Assembly (NCBI GenBank): GCA_040754455.1
Contig: JBFMCP010000020.1
Span: 1 to 60,125, forward strand
DNA: 60,125 bases
Source: Nitrospirota bacterium
Lineage (GTDB): Bacteria > Nitrospirota > Thermodesulfovibrionia > Thermodesulfovibrionales > Dissulfurispiraceae
Direction: 5' to 3'
Below are positions 1-8,717 of this stretch, one piece after another (the first letter of the stretch is position 1; the number at the start of each line of letters is the position of its first letter). The notes below the pieces were generated by a model that saw only the letters and a list, made by a program, of their open reading frames with translations, was not told where the DNA came from and did not search any database. The translations under genes were made by a program, and so were the position numbers.

Positions 1-41
1 GCTATCACCAAAATTATTATGACCTTTTTCCATCGAAGCAT
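1..41 (-). CDS. 5' end of a gene running off the window; probable exported or membrane protein (MLRWKKVIIILVIA...)
   Basis: ATG at 41-39 with AGGAGG SD (51-56) 9 nt upstream; basic then hydrophobic N-terminus typical of a signal peptide. Confidence 0.6.
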   Translation of the reverse strand, partial: MLRWKKVIIILVI

Positions 42-85
42 CGTGCCGGTCCTCCTTATATAGTTATCATTTCTTGCTTTCTATA

Positions 86-103
86 TTGCATATGACATGC
101 CTA
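86..103 (-). promoter_or_regulatory. sigma54 (-24/-12) promoter for the gene starting at 41
   Basis: Minus strand reads TAGGCATGTCATATGCAA, i.e. GG-N10-GC; imperfect palindrome ATGGGTAATTTTCACCAT at 203-220 may be the activator site. Confidence 0.6.
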
Positions 104-407
104 AGGTAAAAGCTCAATAAATCAAAGTAGAAGCTACAGCAAAAAGGTTTTGAGACTTCCTTTTTTCAGTAAAGAATTCCCTTTTAGGAATAACTGATAA
201 ACATGGGTAATTTTCACCATGCCGATTGTATGTAACTATATGGGAGTTGAAGAGCAAAGTCTACACTATGGACAGCGCGACAAATGATCCACCTTGTGTA
301 ATGTGTAGACCCGACCCTCTCATTCGCTCTTTCACAATTCCCTTAAACAACCATTTACTTTTGCCTTGCAACCGTGTATATTCATTCAGCGCATTAAGGG
401 AGACAAA

Positions 408-641
408 ATGCTTAGATCAGATTCTCGGATTTGCGATATCTGCGGTTCTGAAATACCAAAAGGCGAAACCTACCGAAAAGCTGCTATTTCGCCGGAAGCG
501 GCAAGAGTATTGCTTGATACGGCAGATATAGACATGGTGCCGACCCTGACACAGGAAATGAATGGCATGGTCAATCTTGATATATGCCTCGAATGCCATA
601 TGTCAATGGGCACTATACCGAGTACAACAGAAGCACATTAA
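408..641 (+). CDS. small putative zinc-binding protein (CxxC...CxxCH), 77 aa
   Basis: ATG 408 preceded by AAGGGAG; CDIC near the N-terminus and CLECH near the C-terminus. Confidence 0.6.
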   Translation: MLRSDSRICDICGSEIPKGETYRKAAISPEAARVLLDTADIDMVPTLTQEMNGMVNLDICLECHMSMGTIPSTTEAH

Positions 642-722
642 ATCTGTCATCTAACACAACAATAGAAGTTGACGCAAAAGCAAAGTGGGAGGGTATTTCG
701 GTAAAGGATTAGAACGAAATCC

Positions 723-1252
723 TGGATTGTATTTGCGTTACCTGCGATACCCGTGCTCATTCCTCTTTTCGCTCTCTTCTGGCTCCTGTGCGTCAGGAGC
801 CAGGGGAACGCGGGATGGCTTTTGAAATTTTTAATTTCTGGCAGTGTAGCCTTTTTTATCTTTTTAACCGGTCCATGAGCTACTATCTCAGATATATTAC
901 GGTAATCCTCTTTGTACTCGCTGCATTTATTTCTTTTAGGAAATGGAAGCGAATCCCGGCCGGAAGAAATAAAAAAAGCGGCCTTATCCCAAAATACTTT
1001 GCACTGCTTGTTTTACTTATCTTGAATGTATCGGTTGTTACGGGGTTCTTCTATTGATGAAAGGGAGCGTTATGGTGAAAGTCGGGGATTCGATTTCGGA
1101 TGGACAATTAATCGGCAAGGTAGGCAATTCCGGTTAATACCTTCGAACCGCATCTCCATATCCATGTCCTGAGAGATGATAGAAGAGGGAAAAGGACGGT
1201 GCCCATTCTTTTTGGCGGAAGATTTCTTACATTAAACAGCCTCTACGAGTGA
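723..1252 (+). pseudogene. degraded membrane-anchored M23-family metallopeptidase
   Basis: Hydrophobic TM fragments (723-1057) broken by stop/frameshift; then MVKVGDSISDGQLIGKVGNSG* and, after a +1 shift at 1135, NTFEPHLHIHV (M23 HxH motif); central part missing. Confidence 0.7.
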
Positions 1253-1299
1253 GAGAAGGGGCGCTGCCGCCCTCTCTACAATATTACAAACACTTCAAA

Positions 1300-2058
1300 C
1301 TACCCGATCCTCTGCGGGTGGGTATAGATGTTGAACCGGTCTGCCCTGATGAACCCGACGACCGTGACGCCGCTTCGCTCTGCGATATCCACGGCAAGGC
1401 TGGTGGGAGAGGTCCTGCTCGCTACCATTGGAATTCCCCATTTCGCGCACTTTGAGACGATTTCCGATGACAGTCTTCCGCTGGCGAGCATGATCTTCCC
1501 TTCAAAGGGAATGGTTTCGAGAATGGCGTAGCCGATAATTTTATCGACGGCATTATGCCGCCCGATATCCTCGGCAAGGCAATAGATCTCGTTGCCGTCG
1601 CTGAGGGCCGCACTATGGACGCAGCCGGTCATTTTATAGAGCTCCGACGCGTTCTGGAATTTCCTGAACACCTCTTTCAACGCCGCGGGCGTAATGCGAA
1701 AAGGGTCATCTATCTTTTGAAGGGCGAGCCGCTTGGGGAAGGTGATGCCGCCGATGCAGCCCGAGGTGATGACCGCACCATCCGTCGTCACCTCGCCTTC
1801 TGCAGGAATATCGACCATAACGTCTTCTCCATACTCGATCGTCATCCGCTCGGCGCACCAGCCGCCCTTGATGATGTCTTCGGTCATGAACATCCCCACA
1901 ACAAGCTCTCTGACCATGAGCGGCGTGCAGTAGAGGCTCAATACCTCTTTGCCGTTCACCGATACCTTCAACCGCCGCTCTATCGCGATAGAGTCTTCTT
2001 TTTCTTCACAGGAGGTTCCGTTGTTCTTGTAAATTTTTCTTTTTAAGTATCCTTCCAT
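1300..2058 (-). CDS. fdhD: formate dehydrogenase accessory sulfurtransferase FdhD
   Basis: ITSGC, TGCVHSAAL, EDIGRHNAVDKIIG and SGRLSSEIV motifs. Confidence 0.95.
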   Translation of the reverse strand: MEGYLKRKIYKNNGTSCEEKEDSIAIERRLKVSVNGKEVLSLYCTPLMVRELVVGMFMTEDIIKGGWCAERMTIEYGEDVMVDIPAEGEVTTDGAVITSGCIGGITFPKRLALQKIDDPFRITPAALKEVFRKFQNASELYKMTGCVHSAALSDGNEIYCLAEDIGRHNAVDKIIGYAILETIPFEGKIMLASGRLSSEIVSKCAKWGIPMVASRTSPTSLAVDIAERSGVTVVGFIRADRFNIYTHPQRIG

Positions 2059-2084
2059 ATTTTCACTCTCTTGTTTACCACTTC

Positions 2085-3650
2085 CTACTTCCCACTTGTT
2101 TTTAATTGTTCATACATTTTTGCATTCTCGATCGCAGTCCCGCATACTTCCGCAAGTGAAGCAGAGAACGCGATATCCTCTTCCGAAAACTGGCGCGGCA
2201 TGTCGGTAAGCAACCGGAGCACGCCGATGACCCTGCCCCGTGCAATAATAGGAAGCGTCAGCATGCTTTTGATCCCCTCCTGCAAGGCCTCTTTCTGGTA
2301 GTGAATACGAGAGTCTGTCGCCACATCGTGAATGGCAACAGGCCTCGTCTGCAGCGCCTCCCGTACGTTCTCTTCCCTGTCCACCGGCCCCCGTGCAAGA
2401 TATTTCTCGCTCAATCCGTAAGCAGCGGCCAGTTCCAGTTTCTGCCCCGAGGCGTCGAGCAGCCTGATGGTAGCTGCCTTGAGGTGCATGGCCTCGGGCA
2501 GCTTTCTGACGATGAGATTGAGGACCTCATCCAGACGCAGGGTGGAACTGACTACCTTCGTTACCTCCTCGAATACGCGCAGGTATTCCCTTGCGCGAGT
2601 AACGGTGCTCTCAAAGGTCCGTGCATTGACAATAGCAATGGCAGCCTGTTCGGCAATGGCGGTCATAAACTTCAGATCCTCACTGCTGTATTTGACCGGC
2701 TCGGCGGTATACATCCTCAACACGCCGATCACCTCTTTCTTGAATCGTACCGGAATGGATAATATGCTCCGGATTCCCTCTGCTTCCGCTTCCTGCCGAT
2801 AACGGGCATTGGTATCCGAAACAATATCATAGATAGAGACCGCCTTGCCGTCGAGGGCATCGAAAATGCTTGGATCGTACGCAACAGGGCCTTTGTTGAC
2901 GTAGCGCTCGCTCAATCCATGGTGTGCCGCCACTTCGAGCTTCTGCGTCTCCTTGTTCATAAGCCGCAGCATGCTCGCTTTGACATTCATGACCTTCACG
3001 GCATTCGTCACTACCAAATTCAGCACCTCACTGAGCGAGAGGCTGGAGCTGATCGCCTTACAGATGTTCTGATAGCTTTCGAGATATATCTTCTTTTCGA
3101 AAATTGTTTCCGCGCAGTCCGGGCACATGCCGTGCGTGAACATACCGAACCCCTCGTCGGTCAGATACTTTTCTATCTGCTCCCATGTGTTGTCGTCCAT
3201 CCTGATCTTTTTGCACCATGCGCAAATCGGAACGAGCCGGTCTCTCATACGGCTTTTAATAACCGATTCGACGGCAGGGAAGAGGCGGGTGGTGTCCCTG
3301 AGGATCGAAATGACGCCGACGATTTTCTTGCCTTTGATCACCGGTGAGGCCTGCTCCTCGATAAACCGCTTCTCAGCATCCTTCCCCGAGAGGATCAGGC
3401 TCCTTGCAATCGCGTGGGACGACTGCAGGCAGGCAAGCGCAGGGTACTCGTAAGGGGGCAGGACCATCCCTGTTTCGTCCTCATAATGGAGGACCTCTTC
3501 GCAGCTCTTTTTCCTGGCCTGACCGGCAGTATAGCCGGTCAGGACCTCCGCACCCCTGTTCCAATACTCTATCTGCCGTTGGGTATTGATGTAATAGACG
3601 CCATCGTCAATGCTGTCGAGTATATCAAAATGACTGCCGACGAACATCAT
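2085..3650 (-). CDS. PAS + Cys4 motif + tandem GAF sensor protein with no output domain
   Basis: N-terminal PAS (IEYWNRGAEVLTGY); PICAWCKKIR...THGMCPDC; two similar GAF repeats (GLSERYVNKGPV and GLSEKYLARGPV, each ending AI.NA). Confidence 0.85.
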   Translation of the reverse strand: MMFVGSHFDILDSIDDGVYYINTQRQIEYWNRGAEVLTGYTAGQARKKSCEEVLHYEDETGMVLPPYEYPALACLQSSHAIARSLILSGKDAEKRFIEEQASPVIKGKKIVGVISILRDTTRLFPAVESVIKSRMRDRLVPICAWCKKIRMDDNTWEQIEKYLTDEGFGMFTHGMCPDCAETIFEKKIYLESYQNICKAISSSLSLSEVLNLVVTNAVKVMNVKASMLRLMNKETQKLEVAAHHGLSERYVNKGPVAYDPSIFDALDGKAVSIYDIVSDTNARYRQEAEAEGIRSILSIPVRFKKEVIGVLRMYTAEPVKYSSEDLKFMTAIAEQAAIAIVNARTFESTVTRAREYLRVFEEVTKVVSSTLRLDEVLNLIVRKLPEAMHLKAATIRLLDASGQKLELAAAYGLSEKYLARGPVDREENVREALQTRPVAIHDVATDSRIHYQKEALQEGIKSMLTLPIIARGRVIGVLRLLTDMPRQFSEEDIAFSASLAEVCGTAIENAKMYEQLKTSGK

Positions 3651-3777
3651 TTATTATATCATCATCCTTTTTCTTTTTACTGTCTCTCTTGGGAGAATGT
3701 GATTGTATATTGATACACATTGGACTTCCCTGACTCACGACCCAACACTTCTGGTTTTTACAACTGAGGTACCAAAC

Positions 3778-3810
3778 AAAAAAGACCCGATGGAACAACT
3801 GTCCATCGGG
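3778..3810 (-). terminator. intrinsic terminator after the oxidoreductase operon
   Basis: Stem CCCGATGGA/TCCATCGGG followed on the minus strand by a U-tract. Confidence 0.75.
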
Positions 3811-3832
3811 CCTTTCGCTCTTGCAATTATAC

Positions 3833-6304
3833 TTACTTCGCTGCTCCCATCTTTGCCACCTCCACCTTCACCGGAACCAGAGGAGTGCCCCCGTTCACCG
3901 CAGGATAGGTCAGCGTATTCACCTTTGCATGGGCAAAATGCGTGGGCGCGAACACCGTTCCCTCGGGCACCTCGTCGGAGATCATCGCTTTCAAGTATAC
4001 CTCTCCGCGCTTCGAGGCGACCTTCACGAAACTCTCATCATTGATGTGGAGCCTCTCCGCATCCTTGGTATTGATCTGCAGATAGGCATCGGCCACCACC
4101 GAATCGAGATTCTTGGAGAGCACCGAGAGCGCACCCGAGTGCTGGAGGATTCCCGCAGTGACCAGGAACATGGGATATTCGCCGCTCACCGGCTCTATGA
4201 CTTCGTACGAAACAGGAGTGAACGAAGGGCGGAACTCTTCTCTCTGCTCTTCGACGACCAGGTCCGCAATCGATGCCCTGATGGCCGTGAGGTCCTTCAG
4301 CCCCAGGTCCTTGTTCATGAGCCGTGCCAGGTTCCTGAAGATCTTCCAATCGGGAATGGACTGCCCGGTCTCGGCAATGAGCTTCGGAATCCTCTGGATA
4401 TTCCCCGAAGCGCTCATGAAGGTCCCTTCCTTCTCGGACCAGCTGGACGAGGGGAGGACAACATCAGCGAGCTTGGCGGTCTCATTAAGGAAGGCACTCT
4501 GCACGATAAGCAGCTCGAGGCCTTTCAATGTTTTTTCGACGGTCGAAGAGTCCTGGAATGATACAAGGGGATTGCCTCCCATTATATACATGGCCTTTAA
4601 AGCACCCGGCTTGTAGAGCATCTCATAGGCGTCTTTTCCTCCGGCGGTGGGCCGCACGCCGACCATCCACATGCCGAGGGTGTTGGAGAATTCGGCAGGG
4701 ATCTGGAGCGTCGAAGGCTCATCGCCCATCAGGAGCACCAGATTCGCTGCAGCGAGCAGCGTGTTCATGCTCTTTGCATTTTCCGAAGCGCCCGAAGTTA
4801 TCGCGAGCAGCCGCTTCCCTGCAGCAGCATAGGATTTTGCGAGCCTGGTGATCTCAGCTTCTGACAACCCGGTAGTCTTCGCGCTGTCCGCAAGGGTCAT
4901 CCCTTTGAGGCTACTGATGAGGGCATCGAAATGCGGCACCTTCGCTGCCTTCTCTTTGCTGTAGAGCCCCTCCTCGACGATCACCTTCATAATGCCGTTC
5001 AGGAGCGCAACCCCCGAGCCGGGCCTTGTCTGCAGCCACTGAGTGCTGTTCCGGGCAAGCTTGGTCTCCTTTGCATTGGCAACGACCAGCTGCGCACCTT
5101 CATGCTTCGCCTGTATGAACTTCAGGCCCCATACCGGGACACTCGAGGTGATATCGGAGTCGATGACCAGCAGGAAATCGGCTTTCAGCGGAGCATCCCA
5201 CTCGATCGGCAGTTTCTCGAGACCGAAGGCCGTTGCAATGGCCTTCTGCGCCTTTGCATAGCCGAACCGCGCTGCGGAATCAATGTTGTCGGTGCCGACA
5301 ACCTCCCGCATGAATTTCTGGAGCATGTAGTTGTCTTCCATGGTGCAGCGCTGCGATCCGATAGCGCCGATTGCGGACGGGCCATGCTTTGTCTTTATCT
5401 CATCGAGCTTCTTTGCCACATACCCGAGCGCCTCTTCCCAGGAGACCGAAACCAATTCGCCGTTCTTCTTTATGAGGGGAGCGGTGAGCCTGTTTTCGGC
5501 ATAGATGTAGTCGAAACCGAACCTGCCTTTGCTGCAGAGGTCACCGGCGTTGATGCCGACGCCGTCCTTGCCGCGCGCCCTCAGGATCCTCCCTTCCCTG
5601 ATGCTCACATTGGTGGTACAGCCGCAGCCGCAGTAGGGGCATATGGTCTCATGCTCGTCCATGAACCATACCCTCGAGCGGAAGCGGTAGGGTTTGCTGC
5701 CGAGAGCGCCCACGGGACAGGCATCGATGCACTGGCCACAGAACTCGCAGTCCAGCGTCTCTTCGAACGCCGGGCTTATCTTCGATTTGAATCCTCTGCC
5801 GATGATATTGATGGCGCCGACACCCTGATGCTCGTGGCATACCCGGACGCACTTGCCGCAGAGGATGCAGCGATTGGGGTTTCTCTCGACGATCGGCGCA
5901 TCGATCCTCTCGACGTCGCTCTTCCTCGACCCGGTGAACCTGCTCTGCGCCGGTCCGTACTTGAAGGCGAGGTCCTGCAGCGCGCACTCGCCTGCTTTGT
6001 CGCAGACCGGACAATCAAGCGGGTGGTGCACCAACAGTAGTTCCAGCACCGTCCTCCGCGCCTTCGCCAGTTTCGGCGTCTCCGTCTGGACCACCATACC
6101 GTTTTCCGCCGGTGAAGAGCAGGCGGCAAAGAGTCGCTTCTGGCCCTCTACCTCAACGACACAGAGCCTGCATCCGCCGTAGGGCCTCAATCTCTTGTCA
6201 TAGCAGAGATTCGGAATATAGATGCCATTCTTCTGCGCGGCCTGGAGGATCGTCGTCCCCGGCTCGACCTTTACATTTTTTCCGTTTATGGTAAGTTCTA
6301 TCAT
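3833..6304 (-). CDS. NuoG/SfrA/FdhF-like iron-sulfur subunit (BfuA-type) with a degenerate molybdopterin domain
   Basis: 2Fe-2S Cys motif, HxxxCxxCxxxxxC, two 4Fe-4S motifs, CPYCGCGC...C and a Mo-bisPGD-type fold; NIDSAARFGY stands where FdhF has D(C/H)CAR.(C/U)H. Confidence 0.9.
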   Translation of the reverse strand: MIELTINGKNVKVEPGTTILQAAQKNGIYIPNLCYDKRLRPYGGCRLCVVEVEGQKRLFAACSSPAENGMVVQTETPKLAKARRTVLELLLVHHPLDCPVCDKAGECALQDLAFKYGPAQSRFTGSRKSDVERIDAPIVERNPNRCILCGKCVRVCHEHQGVGAINIIGRGFKSKISPAFEETLDCEFCGQCIDACPVGALGSKPYRFRSRVWFMDEHETICPYCGCGCTTNVSIREGRILRARGKDGVGINAGDLCSKGRFGFDYIYAENRLTAPLIKKNGELVSVSWEEALGYVAKKLDEIKTKHGPSAIGAIGSQRCTMEDNYMLQKFMREVVGTDNIDSAARFGYAKAQKAIATAFGLEKLPIEWDAPLKADFLLVIDSDITSSVPVWGLKFIQAKHEGAQLVVANAKETKLARNSTQWLQTRPGSGVALLNGIMKVIVEEGLYSKEKAAKVPHFDALISSLKGMTLADSAKTTGLSEAEITRLAKSYAAAGKRLLAITSGASENAKSMNTLLAAANLVLLMGDEPSTLQIPAEFSNTLGMWMVGVRPTAGGKDAYEMLYKPGALKAMYIMGGNPLVSFQDSSTVEKTLKGLELLIVQSAFLNETAKLADVVLPSSSWSEKEGTFMSASGNIQRIPKLIAETGQSIPDWKIFRNLARLMNKDLGLKDLTAIRASIADLVVEEQREEFRPSFTPVSYEVIEPVSGEYPMFLVTAGILQHSGALSVLSKNLDSVVADAYLQINTKDAERLHINDESFVKVASKRGEVYLKAMISDEVPEGTVFAPTHFAHAKVNTLTYPAVNGGTPLVPVKVEVAKMGAAK

Positions 6305-6310
6305 TGTCTC

Positions 6311-8194
6311 TTATTCCTCCTTTCCCGCAGCCGCTGCAATGACCTTGCTGCCGAGCACATCCTGAGCCGGCAGATTCTTCAATGTTTCACGCATGCTCCG
6401 CGGCCCGATCTTCACCGAATCGAATTTGCACGCCTCATAGCAGGAGCGGCACTGGATGCACTTGGCCTGGTCGATGCGATGGGCGGCCTTCTTTTCTCCG
6501 GCTACTGCATTCTGCGGGCATACCCTCTTGCAGGCGCCGCAGCCTTTGCACTTCTCTTCATCGATATAGAAGGTGCAGAGGTCTTTGCAGACGCCGGTCT
6601 TGCACCACTGCTCGTTGATGTGGGATTCATACTCCTCCCTGAAGTATTTTATGGTCGTCAGGACAGGGTTCGGCGCGGTCTGCCCCAGTCCGCAGAGGGA
6701 GGTGGCGATGATGTCCTGCGACATATCCTGGAGCAGCTCGATATCGCCCTGCTTCCCTTTGCCTTCGGTGATGTTCGTCAGGAGGTCGAGCATGACGGTG
6801 GTGCCGATTCTGCAGGGGGGGCATTTGCCGCACGATTCCTCTGCAGTAAACTCGAGGAAGAACTTTGCCACGCTCACCATGCAGTTCAGGTCGTTCATGA
6901 CAACCATACCGCCCGAGCCGACGATTGCGCCGGTCTGCATAATGTCCTCATAGGTGACCGGGGTATCGAGAAGGTGTTCGGGGATACAGCCGCCGGAAGG
7001 TCCGCCGAGCTGCACTGCCTTGAACTTTCTTCCTTTTGGAATACCGCCGCCGATTTCGAAGATGACCTTTCTGAGCGGAATACCCATTGGCACTTCGATC
7101 AGACCGATGTTATTGATGGCGCCGCTCAGGGCAAAAACCTTTGTCCCCGTCGATTTCTCGGTCCCGAGGCTCCGGTACCAGTCGCCGCCGTTCAATATGA
7201 TTTGCGGAATGTTCGCATAGGTTTCGACATTATTGAGAACCGTAGGGCAATCCCATAAGCCCTTCACTGCGGGGAACGGCGGCCGCGGCCGCGGCATGCC
7301 GCGCTTTCCTTCGAGCGATCTCATGAGCGCTGTTTCCTCACCGCAGACGAACGCTCCGGCGCCCTGATATATCTCGATATCGAGATTGAACCCGGTGCCC
7401 AGGATGTTGTCGCCGAGGAGGCCGTGCTCCTTTGCCTGGTTGATGGCGAGCTGCAGCCGGGAGACCGCCAGGGGGTACTCGGCCCTGACGTAGATATATC
7501 CCTTGTTGGCGCCGATCGCCTTTGCACCGATGATCATTCCTTCGAGGACGACGTGGGGGTCGGCTTCCATGATGCTTCTGTCCATGAACGCGCCGGGGTC
7601 GCCCTCGTCACCGTTACAGAGGATGAATTTCCGATCGCCTTTGACCTTTGCACAGAACTCCCACTTCATGCCAGTAGGAAAGCCTGCGCCGCCCCTTCCG
7701 CGGAGCCCCGAGCGCTTCATCTCTTCTATGATCTGCCACTGGGTCATCTCGGTGAGAGCCTTTGCTGCGGCCTGATAGCCGTCGCGTGCGATATACTCTT
7801 CGATCTTTTCAGGGTCGATCAGGCCTTTGTTCCGCAGTGCCCTGAGGACCTGCAGGTTGAAGAAGGGAATGTCCTTGGTAGCCGGGATGGTCTGCTTCTT
7901 GATAGGCTCCTTGTAGAGAAGCTTTTGTACGGGCCGCCCTTTAATGAAATGCTCCTCCACAATGAGCGGAAGATCATTGACGGTTACTTTCTCATAGAAA
8001 ATACCATCGGGGAGCACAGTCATGACCGGCCCCTCTGCACAGAATCCGTTGCAACCGGTGAGCACCACGCTTATTTCATTCTGAAGGCCTCTCTTTTTTA
8101 ATTCTTCATCGAGGGCATTTTTTATCTTCAAGCTTCCGCCTGCAATGCAGCCGGTTCCCCCGCAGAGCATGACATTGGTACGGTAGTTACTCAT
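6311..8194 (-). CDS. NuoF/HydB-type FMN/NADH-binding subunit (BfuB) with N-terminal Trx-like 2Fe-2S and C-terminal 2x4Fe-4S domains
   Basis: GLRGRGGAGFPTG, EGDPGAFMDR, GAGAFVCGEETAL, GGPSGGC, ESCGKCPPCRIG and two CxxCxxCxxxC motifs. Confidence 0.95.
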   Translation of the reverse strand: MSNYRTNVMLCGGTGCIAGGSLKIKNALDEELKKRGLQNEISVVLTGCNGFCAEGPVMTVLPDGIFYEKVTVNDLPLIVEEHFIKGRPVQKLLYKEPIKKQTIPATKDIPFFNLQVLRALRNKGLIDPEKIEEYIARDGYQAAAKALTEMTQWQIIEEMKRSGLRGRGGAGFPTGMKWEFCAKVKGDRKFILCNGDEGDPGAFMDRSIMEADPHVVLEGMIIGAKAIGANKGYIYVRAEYPLAVSRLQLAINQAKEHGLLGDNILGTGFNLDIEIYQGAGAFVCGEETALMRSLEGKRGMPRPRPPFPAVKGLWDCPTVLNNVETYANIPQIILNGGDWYRSLGTEKSTGTKVFALSGAINNIGLIEVPMGIPLRKVIFEIGGGIPKGRKFKAVQLGGPSGGCIPEHLLDTPVTYEDIMQTGAIVGSGGMVVMNDLNCMVSVAKFFLEFTAEESCGKCPPCRIGTTVMLDLLTNITEGKGKQGDIELLQDMSQDIIATSLCGLGQTAPNPVLTTIKYFREEYESHINEQWCKTGVCKDLCTFYIDEEKCKGCGACKRVCPQNAVAGEKKAAHRIDQAKCIQCRSCYEACKFDSVKIGPRSMRETLKNLPAQDVLGSKVIAAAAGKEE

Positions 8195-8206
8195 TGTTCC
8201 TCCTCA

Positions 8207-8590
8207 TTAATATGAAGTTTCGCAGCCCATGACAAGTGCATACTCCTCGACCGGCTGCCCCTTCATAATATGCTCGCTGAATATCTTCCTCATCTTCTCG
8301 TCATTGAGATACACATATTTCACCGGCGGCTGATTGAGGAGCTCGACGGTCACCATCGGCTCCTTGCTGCAGAATCCCGCACAGCCTGAGGTGACGATTG
8401 CTATATCCTTCTTGTTATTCTTGTTCATCTCATCGAGAAGGGCGTCCATCACTTTCCGTGCACCGGCGGCGATTCCGCAGGTCCCCATATGCACGGTGAC
8501 CTTTACGGTGCTGCCGCCCTCTCTCAGGGTAAGCATTGCCTTGTACTCTTCCTTTATCTTCTTTAAATCATCAACGGTAAGTCTGGGCAT
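8207..8590 (-). CDS. thioredoxin-like [2Fe-2S] ferredoxin (HndB/HydD-like)
   Basis: VHMGTCGIAAGA...TSGCAGFCSKEP; ATG 8590 has a GGAGG SD. Confidence 0.9.
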   Translation of the reverse strand: MPRLTVDDLKKIKEEYKAMLTLREGGSTVKVTVHMGTCGIAAGARKVMDALLDEMNKNNKKDIAIVTSGCAGFCSKEPMVTVELLNQPPVKYVYLNDEKMRKIFSEHIMKGQPVEEYALVMGCETSY

Positions 8591-8620
8591 ATCCTGACCT
8601 CCTTTGGTCAAATTATTTTG

Positions 8621-8708
8621 GAATTCAGGAGCCAGGAGTCTGGAGCCAGAATTACGCATGAATGCTTCCCGCTTTTATTCTGACTTCTGGGTTCTGACTT
8701 CTGAATTC
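8621..8708. repeat. inverted heptamer-period repeat hairpin
   Basis: GAATTCAGGAGCCAGGAGTCTGGAGCCAGAAT ... ATTCTGACTTCTGGGTTCTGACTTCTGAATTC. Confidence 0.8.
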
Positions 8709-8717
8709 TCATGTTCA

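Noticed and set aside
585..599. CLECH as a c-type heme site
   Set aside because: No export signal, and it pairs better with the N-terminal CxxC as a zinc site.
788..1057. Stand-alone 89-aa membrane protein
   Set aside because: Better explained as a fragment of the M23 pseudogene.
4931..6040. Long antisense ORFs (369 aa here; also 17452-18549, 6479-7258, 39658-40467 and others)
   Set aside because: They are shadows of well-supported genes on the opposite strand, with no recognisable motifs.
3833..6304. Calling this formate dehydrogenase alpha or an [FeFe]-hydrogenase
   Set aside because: No Cys/Sec-His at the Mo site and no H-cluster motifs.
8591..8659. N-terminal extension of the ferredoxin ORF
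   Set aside because: It runs through the heptamer repeat; ATG 8590 has the SD and matches the family start.
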